A stretch of DNA of 64,000 nucleotides from the human T2T-CHM13v2.0 reference genome, Homo sapiens. Made by a program: the position numbers and the translations under genes. Below the pieces are notes generated by a model. It was not told the DNA's origin. It was given only the letters and a program-made list of their open reading frames with translations, and did no database searches. Positions 31,165 to 42,084 of this stretch are shown in pieces. Each line of letters opens with the position of its first letter. The first letter of the stretch is position 1. The stretch is taken from NCBI RefSeq assembly GCF_009914755.1, contig NC_060932.1; one strand, written 5' to 3'.

Positions 31165-31775
31165 GTGCAGAGTCTTCTGTTTATCCCTCCAGTCCCTCAC
31201 TCCTTCTCCCTCCTGCACCAGCCTGCCTGGGTCCAGCTGACTCACCTCTATGGGCTGCACCCACACCCTCCCTTGCTCTCTGGCTTCCCACTAGGTTAGG
31301 CCAATGGACACCCCACAGGAGGTCAGAGGGCAGGAAGGGATTGAGTGGTGTTTCCTGTGGCTCCTTCCTGTGAACCTGTGGAGTGAGGAGATCCAGTCAC
31401 ATCCTCCTACCAAGCTTTTGGTCCTGCCATGTTATCTAGACCACACAGTTCCAGAAATTGCTCCCTTGTTTCATTCTTTCAGGCACATGGAGGTTAATGC
31501 CTCTTCCTCCTCCACTGTGGCTCCTCCATAAGGACCCCAAACTGAAAACAAGATATCTGAGAATATTTTGTGTAACAAGCAAAATAACCTCTAGTAGGGA
31601 CATCCCTGTGTAGGAATCTCAGAGAATCATCATAAACATGAGGTTCCAGAGTACACTTTTTCTTATTTCTACTCATTTCCCTAAGCATTACTCATACTTT
31701 TCATAGTCTTCTACTAAGACTTTGCAAATTCCCCAAATCCAGTGTGCTATTGGATTACCAATGGGACTGAAACAT
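31165..31775. mobile_element. ERVL LTR33-like LTR with an internal ~117-bp insert
   Basis: ccttgctctctggcttccc...ggccaatgg...caggaggtcagagggcagga motif. Confidence 0.6.
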
Positions 31776-32267
31776 ACTCTAAATTGTATTTCAATGAAAA
31801 ACCCATGAATGGAGACTGTCTAAAGTATAACTTGGGCAAACTGGAAGTTTAAACAGATATATTTCTTCATTTTAAAAGATGTCAAGTTAAAAGAACAGAA
31901 TAATTATAAGGGAGAAATTCTATTTCCTTATAATTTGATCTCATTATAAAGTAGTGTACAAGAGTTTATATTTTGACTTCACGTTAATTTGAAATAAGCA
32001 TTAATTATTTAGAAGCTTCACTAGGAAGATTATAAAATATGAATGTAAAACATTATATCATGCTGTACTAGCTTTGGTAACTACAACTCATCCATATCAG
32101 AATGTCTAGCACTCAGTAAATACTTATTAAATGAATGAATTGCCCATAATGCAAAAGTGTATGTTATAACTTAAGTGAATGTATTTACAAAAGAAAAAAT
32201 CTTCAGAAAATTAAATTTCATCAGATAAGGAAAAATAAACAGGATTTAAAAAAATAGACCATCTTAC

Positions 32268-32298
32268 ACTTGGAAATTTTCAGAGTTATATATCTGGA
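32268..32298 (-). pseudogene. Candidate 31-nt exon
   Basis: Strong acceptor tttcttttcacttctcag|, donor AGT|gtaaga. Confidence 0.45.
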
Positions 32299-33093
32299 CT
32301 GAGAAGTGAAAAGAAATTGGACAGCTTAGTTGGGAAAGAGGTTGTTAGAGAATCGCCTCCTAGTTTTCGATGATAGTCATTCTGATGGTTTATTGCAAAT
32401 GGACTTGAAGCAAACTGGATACAAGAGGGTAGTACATTACTGACATTTTAAGTGCTATCAAGAATTGACATTTCAAGCAATGTTTTAGTTGGTAAGCAGA
32501 AATGTTAGTAGTCTGGAAAGACGTTAGGCAATTGGCCAGTTTTATTGACTCTAATTCCATGGCTTTATTATATGGTCAGTATTTTTTTAATTCCAAGAAT
32601 TTCCCCTTGTGTACATATTTATAAGGCTCCCTGGATAACATGTTTTGTTCCCTAGTCTTCTATGGCAATAACCTAGGAGAGCTGCCATTTGTAGGAGTAA
32701 GAAGGAGCCAGGGCTCAGGCACCAAATGGCTGAGTCTTGAACTCTGTCTTCTCTGCTTACAACTTTGTGACCTTAAACAGGTGACTGACTTTTGCATGCC
32801 TTAGTTTCCTCATCTGGAGGATGGGGATGATGATAACAACACCAATGTGAGAATTAGATGAGTTGAGACTCCACAAGCATTCAACAAATGTAGATTATCT
32901 TTCCCAGAAGTGCTATTTCTGCTGGTCATCTCTAAGCATGCCCAGTTTCTATCAGAGTATAATTAAAGACATGAAATGAAAACATTCCATGAATTCAACA
33001 GGCAAAACATGTAATATTTCTTGACAATTTCTTTAACATGAGCTAGTCTTGAAACAAGTCAAACTTTAGAAAAAAAAAAATCTCACATGCTAC

Positions 33094-33168
33094 CTTGACT
33101 CAGTTGCTCTGGAATGACTATAATTTGAGAGTGAGATGCTAGGAGCCATCAAATCAAATGATGTTTTC
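33094..33168 (-). pseudogene. Candidate exon 75 nt, phase 2 to 2, open (KTSFDLMAPSISLSNYSHSRATES)
   Basis: Weak acceptor ggacag|, donor AAG|gtagca; phase joins the previous exon (tg|g = Trp). Confidence 0.4.
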
Positions 33169-33999
33169 CTGTCCATACCATAAACAATGCTTTGGCTTTT
33201 CAGTGCACTCTTGCATACTTCTAGCACAGTGTTGTTTTATGGCAACAGGCTGTGGTGCCCAAATCTTCACATCTGGTAGCCAGATCTTGTGTGCATGACC
33301 CCATCTTTGATCCCCAGAACCTGTGTAGCCTTTTGGAAGGGGAAGGTCATCTGAGGAGAACCTACTCAGGGAGCACAGCAGCAGAACTCCCTCAAATCAC
33401 AGCAAAGGGGGGAGTGTTGCTTAGAGATGGCACAATCTGAGCAGTAAATTACCACACAGATGCCATGGTTATTATGTCAACTTATTATACCTGTTCCACT
33501 TCTCAGCATTGTATTCTAAGTACCTAAATAAGAACCTCCATGAATTATCAATATTATCTCTGTGTCACTCACATAGGGCCATAAAAGAAAGCAGATAAAT
33601 GATAATAGCCTTTAGTCTTCTATTAAAGTTCTGTGACCTTTAAGTTACAGAAACTTGGGTTGTACATAAATTATCTGCAAGCCAAGCTGACATGGTGATA
33701 GAGTTAAGCTGTAAAAATGGCCAACCTCACAAGTGACTCAGTTGGCCAAGAATGATGATGGACAAACCGTGAATAATGATGCATATCCAGGACCACTTCT
33801 AAGCATATAGATCACAGGCAGCACAAAAATGCTTTGACTGAGGATCCATCAGAGGCATCTTTGCTTCCAAATACTGTATTTTTCCACTAGCCAGCCCAGT
33901 AACTGAAAACCTAGAGGCTTTCCTTGGGTTGAAACATCTTTGAAATACTTTAAACAACAAACATTACCTGAGAGGGTTCTTCATTAACTCAGTAGCATC

Positions 34000-34800
34000 C
34001 TTTGATTCATTTATTGATTCATTCATTAAACATTTATTAAGCTTGTACTGTGCACTTGGCAGTGAAAATAGAAATGAAGGCTACACTCACCTCTTTCAGT
34101 CAGCACCCAGTCTAGCTGGAAACATGGAGGGGTTAAAAACATGTCTTGGGGAAAAAGGCTGTGGAGAAGAGATTCAAGTGTCATGAGGACCCGGAGGTGG
34201 AGTGCCTACACCTGTAAGGAGTTAAGGTATGGCTGATGGTATATGAATTCTATCTTATAAGTAACATAATTCAGTGTGAAGATTTTAATTGGGAAATGAT
34301 ATCATCAGATTTGGGTGTGAGAGCTAATACTGAGGCAGCAATATAAAGTAGTGAATGGGGACAACAGGCTGGGGAAGTGGAAATATGGAAATTAAGAAAG
34401 CTATTGCAATGCTCTAGGCAAGACATGATAAAAACATGAACTCGGCTGGTTTAGTGGGAAGTTAAAGGAGGTTTTGGATTCAAGAGTTTATTTAGGAGTC
34501 AGGATCAGCAGTAGTTCTGATTGGAACTTTGGGTATGAGAGGTTTCTGGCCAGGATGACTGCATATCTCTGTTGGTGCTGTTCATAAAGAGAATATGATA
34601 ATCAGGTTTGAGGGATGGGGAAAGTGATGAGTTTGCTGTGGAAAGCTGGGTGAGAGCCGCCAGTGGATATGGAAAAGAAGGTGGCCAGTAGGCACGAGGG
34701 CACAGACGCAGGGACTTAGCAGGAATGAGCTGGGCTGAGTGGCAGACTTGAGTGCTGTGTCACCAGCACAGAGAGGTGGTTGGGGCTGGGAGTATGAAGT
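34000..34800 (-). mobile_element. L2 fragment
   Basis: attcattcattaaacatttattaagc start; purine-rich antisense L2 body. Confidence 0.65.
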
Positions 34801-35438
34801 CCATTTCCTTTTAACTGTTACATTACCAAACATCTGACAGAATCTGGATAGCAAATAAACACACACTACAAATGCAATCACAAACAACCATGTACGTACA
34901 CAAAAAGCATCATATTATGAAAACATGAACACACTGTGTTTTAGTGTTAACTTATGGGAAATTATTATCTTCTATTTAAAATGTAATAGCTTCCAAAGAA
35001 GTAAAAATGAAGATTTGGGGAAAGAGTATGAAAGTATTCTCCGGTGTTTAGCAAAGGTGTTTTCTCATGACTTTGTTATTGACAACTAGGGCTTTTGGAG
35101 TTTAATGGCATATTATGAAGCTCCATATTTTGTTCACTGCTAACTGTTATAGGTGATTCTAACTTAATTACCTCTTTAAAAATTGCTATAGGTTCAGGTT
35201 CTTTCACATCCTCAGCAGCTGAGAGGATCAGGACTTCTTACAGAAACAGCCACTTGCACTTCAAGGCTATGTGTGTGATTCCATGGTTCATTGATAATGT
35301 GCCATTTTTCTTCCTGAAAAAAGTTTTGTCTCCTAGGGCTCCACTGGGATATGTTAAAAAGGCACAAGTGCTATATTACAGAGTATTGGAAATGCAGAAA
35401 TTACAGGGTTTGGCTTTTAGTTATCTGAGTGTGTTTCT

Positions 35439-35450
35439 GTTTCTTTTCTT

Positions 35451-35493
<43 letters not shown>

Positions 35494-35772
35494 TTTTTTA
35501 GATGGAGTTTCACTCTGTCACCCAGGCTGGAGTGCAGTGATCTCGGCTCACTGCAACCTCCACCTCCTGGGTTTAAGCGATTCTCCCGCCTCAGCCTCCT
35601 GACTAGCTGGGACTACAGGTGCCTGCCACCACACCTGGCTAATTTTTGTATTTTTAGTAGAGTCAGGGTTTCACCATCTTGGCCAGGATGGTCTCAAACT
35701 CCTGACTTCAGGTTATCTACCCACCTTGACCTCCCAAGCTACTGGGATTACAGGCGTGAGCCACCACACCTG
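35439..35772 (-). mobile_element. AluS with (TTTA)n tail
   Basis: Antisense dimer; TSD gt(g/a)tgtttct. Confidence 0.95.
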
Positions 35773-35967
35773 TGTATGTTTCTGGAGCATAACTCTGAAG
35801 CAAAATATACAACTGTGATGCCCTGAGAAGAGAATGTTGTGTTAATTGTAAAGTTCAGTCATCACAACTTAGTTGGCTATGTCAAGACCTTGATGAAATA
35901 CAAAAGAAAAATGTAATTTTAAAGGCACAATCCAATCAGAAAATAAAATTTATAAAAATATTTTTTG

Positions 35968-36282
<315 letters not shown>

Positions 36283-36319
36283 CTACATTCCTTACTTCCA
36301 TGATTTTATGAAGGCTCAC

Positions 36320-36575
36320 CAAGTGAGAATTTGAGATGAATTATTTACATTGATAATATTACTGATAGAGATAGAAATGTGTTCTTTCTTGTTTTCACTG
36401 TGAAGACACAGAATTTCATACAATTCCAAGAATAACTGTATGAAAGTGCCTTTTGGGATGCATCCTTGGTTTTTGGATTTAAATTGACCTCTGTTGGTTG
36501 CTGTTGTTAGTGCTTTCACCCTTGTGAAAATATCTTCATATATAAGAACCACATAGTCAAAGACAGTTGGAGGAA
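36320..36575 (-). pseudogene. Candidate exon 256 nt, phase 1 to 2, fully open (PPTVFDYVVLIYEDIFTRVKAL...NNSSQILT)
   Basis: Acceptor tttcattttag|, donor TTG|gtgagc; 84 sense codons in AT-rich DNA ending exactly at the donor (ORF track 36316..36552). Confidence 0.7.
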
Positions 36576-36854
36576 CTAAAATGAAATTATTCCAGTTGAA
36601 ATATTATTGAGAAATAAAATCATAGGATAAGAGAAACATTAAAAACAATGTCTAAAATCATTGTGTCAAAATCTGAAATTCACTCTCCCACATCCTTATT
36701 CATAAATTTATGGCTAAAATTTTAAAAACCCAGAAGTTAAAAATTAGAGGCCATATCAATGAAGAGTTGATCATTACATGTACATGTTTATTTGGTTCTA
36801 TATTATAAATGTGCTGAGCAAAATAGTGTCAAGAAATACTATGAAATCACACAT

Positions 36855-37410
36855 TTATTTATTCAACAGATATTTATTAAGGGCCTATTCCAGGTACTCT
36901 TCTGGATTCGATGTACAAGTCTCTTCCCTCTGGCAGATCTAATGGGTCAGGTAGATAATAAGCATGCAAACAACAAAATATTGTGTAATATCAGCTGGGG
37001 CTGTGAAGGGAACCAGAGCAGGATAAGGGGAGAGAGAGATGTAGAAAGGTGTCACTGTAGATCGAGTGTTCAGAGAAGGCTTCTTTCAGAAGGCAGCATT
37101 GAAGACAACCCTGAATAAAATGAGGCAGCCATTCCCTAGAAGAATTTGGGAAGAGCATGACAGGGATAGAAAATACCCACTGCAAATACTAAGAAGGATT
37201 GAGCTTTGGTGTGAAGTCAGTGAAGAGGGTGATAGGAGATGAAATTGCAGAGAGGGAGTGGCCAGACCACAGCAGGTCTTGCTAGCCTGCAAGAGGAATT
37301 TACATTTTATTCTCGTTGTAAAGGAAGACTGCAGAAGCTTCTGAGCAGGGAGGACTCCAAATGATTTATTTTGTAAAGGATTACACCAGCTGCTGTGAGA
37401 TGCAGGCTTT
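36855..37410 (-). mobile_element. L2a fragment followed by a MER20 end (~37415-37475)
   Basis: attcaacagatatttatt; cagtggttctcaa...gattttgtctcccaggagacatt. Confidence 0.65.
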
Positions 37411-37959
37411 GGAGCAGTGGTTCTCAAGAGTGTTCTTCGGAGCAGTGGGTGATTTTGTCTCCCAGGAGACATTCAGTACTAACATGTATTAACTAGAAAA
37501 ACTATTAAACAACTAAAAGAGGGTTTAAAAAAAAAGACTCTAAGGAATGCAGAAATAGCAACTGAAGGAAACAGGCCTAAGACAGAGTAAACCAGGAATA
37601 AATAAACAGCTTGGAAGAGGGCCCTCCCCAAGGCTGAATGTGACCTCATCAGAGAGGCAGTGGCTGCCAGGAGCACCTGCCACGCCTGGAGGGAGGAAAC
37701 TTCTTCCCGCAGACATAGGTTGCAGCTCCACAGTTAGTAAAGTGCTGGTGGCAGAGAAACTCAGTGAATGTGGCAGCCACACCATAGGAAAAAAGCCTAC
37801 TGGAATCAAGAAGAGAAGCAACTTCATTTTGCTTTGACAAAGTCTAACACTGTGCCAGCTGGCAAAAGAGAAATATTTATAGGATCTAACTACAGTATTG
37901 CAACACTGGGCAGAGAAGGAGGGATTTGGTGCTGACAGGCAATGAAATGACAACTTGTA

Positions 37960-39272
37960 TCATGCACCCCTTTTCAGGTTCCATATGCACACTTCCTCAG
38001 GCATTTAGACTCCCATAGGACAATTAAACACCTTTACCTTTTCACCTAACAAGATGCGGCTATTGTTCCTACAAGTGAAGACATTCTTACCCTTTCCTCC
38101 AAATGAGGAGACATACAGTCCCAATAGTCACTGCAACTGTCACAGAACATATTAGTTACTCCTCAAATTTAGTCATCTTCCACTGAGAACCCTCTACCCA
38201 AAGACTAACTTAAAAAGTTAACTTCCAGTGAGGATGAATCTTTACTTCCTCCATGTTGAGCCTCCTGTGTAATCAACCTGCAACTAGGTAGCTGGCTGTA
38301 CCTCTAAAAGAATGATTCCATATTTGGGGCTAAAACATTTCTCTCTGCTGTTGGCTGATTAGAGACTCAGCAGTAGCAGCATCCAGGTCAGCCTTGATAA
38401 AGAGAAATCCATGTTGTTGAACCCATGATAGCCTCCATTCCTGTCACCATGGACATTTTGCTCTTGGGTTCATAAGTACCGTGGTGCTGGTGAAAGAGGC
38501 TGGCCAGCATCCATAGAAGTCATCATTTTTCCACCTGATTATTGAGATCCTCCATTGCAGAGAATGCTCTTTGATGAGTATTCATATGAGACATTGTGGT
38601 AGGCAGTCTGCCTGATGATGCCTGGTTCCCGACATTCATGCTCTTGTGTAATTCCCTCCCCCAAGTGTGTGCTGAACCTAGTGTCTTGCTTCCGGGAAAT
38701 AAAATATAGCAGAAGTGATGGTGTGTCCCTTCAGAGATTAGTTTCTAAAAGACCATGACTTTTCTCTTACTGGTATTCTCTCTCTGGTTCTGTTTGCATA
38801 CTTGTCCTGATAGAGAGGGAGGGCTATCTGCCAAGGAATCAAAGGTGACCTCTGGTTTACAGCAAGTGAGGAATTAAGGTCTTCAGATTCAGAAATGGAA
38901 TCTTTGCCAAAACCATGTGAGTGGGCCTGGAAGTGGCTCTTTTCCCTCAAGACTTCACTAGAGATTGCAGACCTCGTTGATGCGTTAACTGCAATCTTAT
39001 GAGACCATGAAGCAAAGGGGCCAGCTAAGCCATTATTGGATTGTTGTTTTAAGCCACTAAGTTTTTTTGGGGGTAAATATACAGCATAGATAACTAATAC
39101 AGACACAAATATCTTCACAATCTATGTCCATTTTGAGAGACCTATCTATGTAACTCTTTCCCAAACTTCACTGTCACCAGTCTTCCAATCCTGTCCTTTG
39201 CACATCGCTTACCATTCAGCCAATCCTTTAGCTTTTGCCCATGAATTGATGTACAGTAATATTTCTGGCCAC
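37960..39272 (-). mobile_element. ERVL internal pol fragment (RNase H to integrase Zn-finger region)
   Basis: Minus translation WPEILLYINSWAKAKGLAEW*...DWKTGDSEVW...VKIFVS / HMNTHQR...EDLNNQVEK / WVQQHGFLFIKADL resembles HERV-L pol. Confidence 0.85.
38595..39101 (+). mobile_element. MLT1E/F-like solo LTR inserted in ERVL pol
   Basis: tgtggtaggcag...gataactaataca; TSD gacat/gacac. Confidence 0.85.
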
Positions 39273-39295
39273 ATGTCAGTCTGGTCAAGGCAGAC

Positions 39296-39325
39296 CTATC
39301 TTGTTTCAAATAACATGAGAGATGT
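39296..39325 (-). pseudogene. Candidate exon 30 nt (TSLMLFETR* in phase 0)
   Basis: Branch-like ctaat, acceptor gatttctcag|, donor TAG|gtctgc; 111-nt intron from the previous exon. Confidence 0.45.
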
Positions 39326-39436
39326 CTGAGAAATCAAATAATTAGGATTCAATTTTATTATAATTTTTGAGGGCTTTTTGAATGTGTTGTATGTTTTAAG
39401 ATGTAAACTCAGTCACTTCCTCTTTAAAATGCTTAC

Positions 39437-39469
39437 ATATTCTAGGGTCAGAAATCTTATTCTCTGCCA
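39437..39469 (-). pseudogene. Candidate exon 33 nt, phase 0 to 0, open (WQRIRFLTLEY)
   Basis: Acceptor catctttctag|, donor TAT|gtaagc; 113-nt intron from the previous exon. Confidence 0.6.
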
Positions 39470-39582
39470 CTAGAAAGATGGTCATGATTTTTATACCATC
39501 AGCAAATAATCTGATTTCTGGGATATATCATTAATGTCACCAAGGGTTGATCTTTAATAGGCTACTTTATCTATTCCCATAC

Positions 39583-39651
39583 CTTTTGATGCTCTTTATA
39601 GGAAAAGATATTCAAAATCTTTATTGTCTCTTCTGGGATCTCTTCTAATCT
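39583..39651 (-). pseudogene. Candidate exon 69 nt, phase 0 to 0, open (RLEEIPEETIKILNIFSYKEHQK)
   Basis: Acceptor ttaattccag|, strong donor AAG|gtatgg. Confidence 0.65.
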
Positions 39652-40828
39652 CTGGAATTAAATTTCCAATTTTCTCTTGAAATTTTCACCAGGAACGTCT
39701 TCATCACAAATATAATGAGTCTAAAATAATTCTTCACCTCTATCTTCTACAGACTACTCCTTTCATCTTCCAGCTTTTTCTGGCCAAATTTTTCATTTTC
39801 CTTTTTTTCTATCATCTGTAAATGGTATCATCCTTCTTCTAGTCTTGTAGACAAGAAATGTCAAAATTTCTCTTTTCCCAGACAACCATATGCTTTTGTG
39901 TCTTCATCTTTTTGCACATATATTGTCTGAATAGAACTGTCCTTATCCTCATTTTCTATATCCTTCAGGAACTAGCTACAGTGCCACATCCTCAATGACA
40001 TCTTCCCTGATTTCTCCCAATTGACAAGAACAGTTCCTTTTAATGGACTGCCACAAGACTTTGCCTGAATGCTGCTTTGCCTTTATCACAGCATTTTATC
40101 TGGGATGGAATTTTTCTAAAGTGTGTTCTGAAGAAGACTAGTCCCTTGGAAGCATTCACATAGAGAAGTGTTCTTAGGACATATTAAGTCTAAAGAATTT
40201 TGTCTACTGCTCTTTGTCTTGGAGTTTCCTGATTTACATGAGCATACTGAAGATTCTAAAAGGATATGCAATAAAGAAAGTTATTTATCTTTAATCATTT
40301 TCACTTATTGTCTACCATTATCTTTCAGAGCTCCTTTGCCATATACAGTATCTGCTTTCTTATTGTTGTATTTCTTGGTACTCTACACATTATCTTATGC
40401 ATTATAGTTACTTGATGATTGTTGACTGTGATGCATCTCCCTCCACACTCTGAGCTGGATGAATCTCAGACAACATTTTGGTAATATTTTCTTGTAGGCA
40501 ATTCTGCTAGAACTTTAACCAGGCCATCGGGAACTAAAGGAAATGAATTATTAAACTACTACTGACTGAGAAATTAGAACTGCTTGAGGCAACTATTAGT
40601 GGAAGAAGTGAGGAAGATGAATACATGACACCACGGGAATTTAAATGGAACATTTATAAACTTTTGGAAGTATTACCACTGGCTTGATGAAAGAAGACAT
40701 AAAAATGATAAGAAACCCAATATTCAAATGAAATATCAGAGCATTAGTTCTAGTGAATAAAGTACTGATGAGTCAGCCCAGTCAGAGAAGCATCCAGCCT
40801 CTTCTAGGCGGTCTATTCATTAACCAAC

Positions 40829-40945
40829 TTTTAATAAGGTGCAGTTTGCCATGACGTGGTTGACTGTTGCGTAGTCCATGTAGGTACTATATTTGAAGAA
40901 TTTAAATCTATTGTTACATGACTCCCTGTGCTCCTGGCCTGCCTT
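40829..40945 (-). pseudogene. Candidate exon 117 nt, phase 0 to 0, open (KAGQEHRESCNNRFKFFKYSTYMDYATVNHVMANCTLLK)
   Basis: Acceptor ctttaccatcttag|; weak donor AAA|gttggt. Confidence 0.4.
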
Positions 40946-41277
40946 CTAAGATGGTAAAGAGGAATCCGTTTTCTCCTAGGCTTTTATTAATAAACTCAGT
41001 GGCCACGTTGCTGTGATCATTTTTCCCTTTAGCGCTGCCTTCAGAAGTACAATGTGCAGAAATTGGAAAGTGCTGTCATCCTTTTAGTGTCATCAAAAAC
41101 ATTTCATTTTTAAACAGTAATAACCAAGCTGCTCTAAGTGGCTTTGTCCCGAAAAAAATGAACTCAGATAAATGTTGCAGCTTATTTTATTATGTGAAAT
41201 GCCTTCTGAAGAACATCTGTGTAAACAGAACCACATCATGCACACACTTCTGCCCTGTCACTTGGGCCCGGCAGTAC

Positions 41278-41390
41278 CTTTATTGTCCATTACTCAGTCG
41301 TAATGATGCTCCTGGCACAAAGGGTTCCAATATGAAGATATATTTTGTGGTATTTTGACCAATTTGTATTCATCATCTTATCTTTCTAAG
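41278..41390 (-). pseudogene. Candidate exon 113 nt, phase 1 to 0 (*KDKMMNTNWSKYHKIYLHIGTLCARSIITTE*WTIK)
   Basis: Acceptor tcgtctttatag|, donor AAG|gtactg; two stops. Confidence 0.5.
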
Positions 41391-41574
41391 CTATAAAGAC
41401 GAACTGATATCAGAGTGGCTTATTTAATCCTGTTTTAGCCTCCAACTTAAATTCTCTAAGTGAAAATGATTTATTAACATAGAAAAAATAACAGCTGACT
41501 ATGTGGGACTAATCCTTCAGAAACAGCAAAAGCAGAAAATGATTCATAGGGGCTGGAAAAGGTCATTTCCTTAC

Positions 41575-41631
41575 AATTGAGAAGTTCTTTCATCTTGAGG
41601 CTATTGGTTGGAGGTGCTACTAAGTTTAAAC
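41575..41631 (-). pseudogene. Candidate exon 57 nt, phase 1 to 1, open (LNLVAPPTNSLKMKELLN)
   Basis: Acceptor ttcattacaag|, donor ATT|gtaagg. Confidence 0.55.
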
Positions 41632-41723
41632 CTTGTAATGAACATAGGAGATCAACAATCAATAGAATGATACATTTCTTAAGGAAAATGTTTAACTTAA
41701 GATTGACTGGCTACTTATCAAAC

Positions 41724-41828
41724 CTCTCTTTCCTTTGGCTCTTATGAAAGAAATGGATTAGACCCTAATTACAATTGCAAAAATCACATAAATATCTTTT
41801 ATATTTGAATCTGAATGTTGGCTTGGCA
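41724..41828 (-). pseudogene. Candidate exon 105 nt, phase 1 to 1 (PSQHSDSNIKDIYVIFAIVIRV*SISFIRAKGKR)
   Basis: Acceptor gcaatttcag|, donor GAG|gtttga; one TAA. Confidence 0.5.
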
Positions 41829-42084
41829 CTGAAATTGCATATAATAAAGCAATTAGTGGGATTTAGCTTTGACGATTCTTGACTGATGAATACATTTAAA
41901 ACATTTTACTTGGAATTCATTCTGTGGCTTACAATTCCAGTATTGTAAAATCAGTGAAATCATGACAACATAAATGGTATGGACTGTCTTCTAATATATC
42001 TAAATATAAGTTCACTATGCTTCATAGCAACTCATTAACTAAACACATTTACAGATTTCTGGGAAGGGCTTCCAATTTCTTTTT

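Noticed and set aside
41290-41345. YIFILEPFVPGASL resembling kinase subdomain V
   Set aside because: Not in the phase-compatible frame, and no other kinase motifs (HRD, DFG, APE) were seen.
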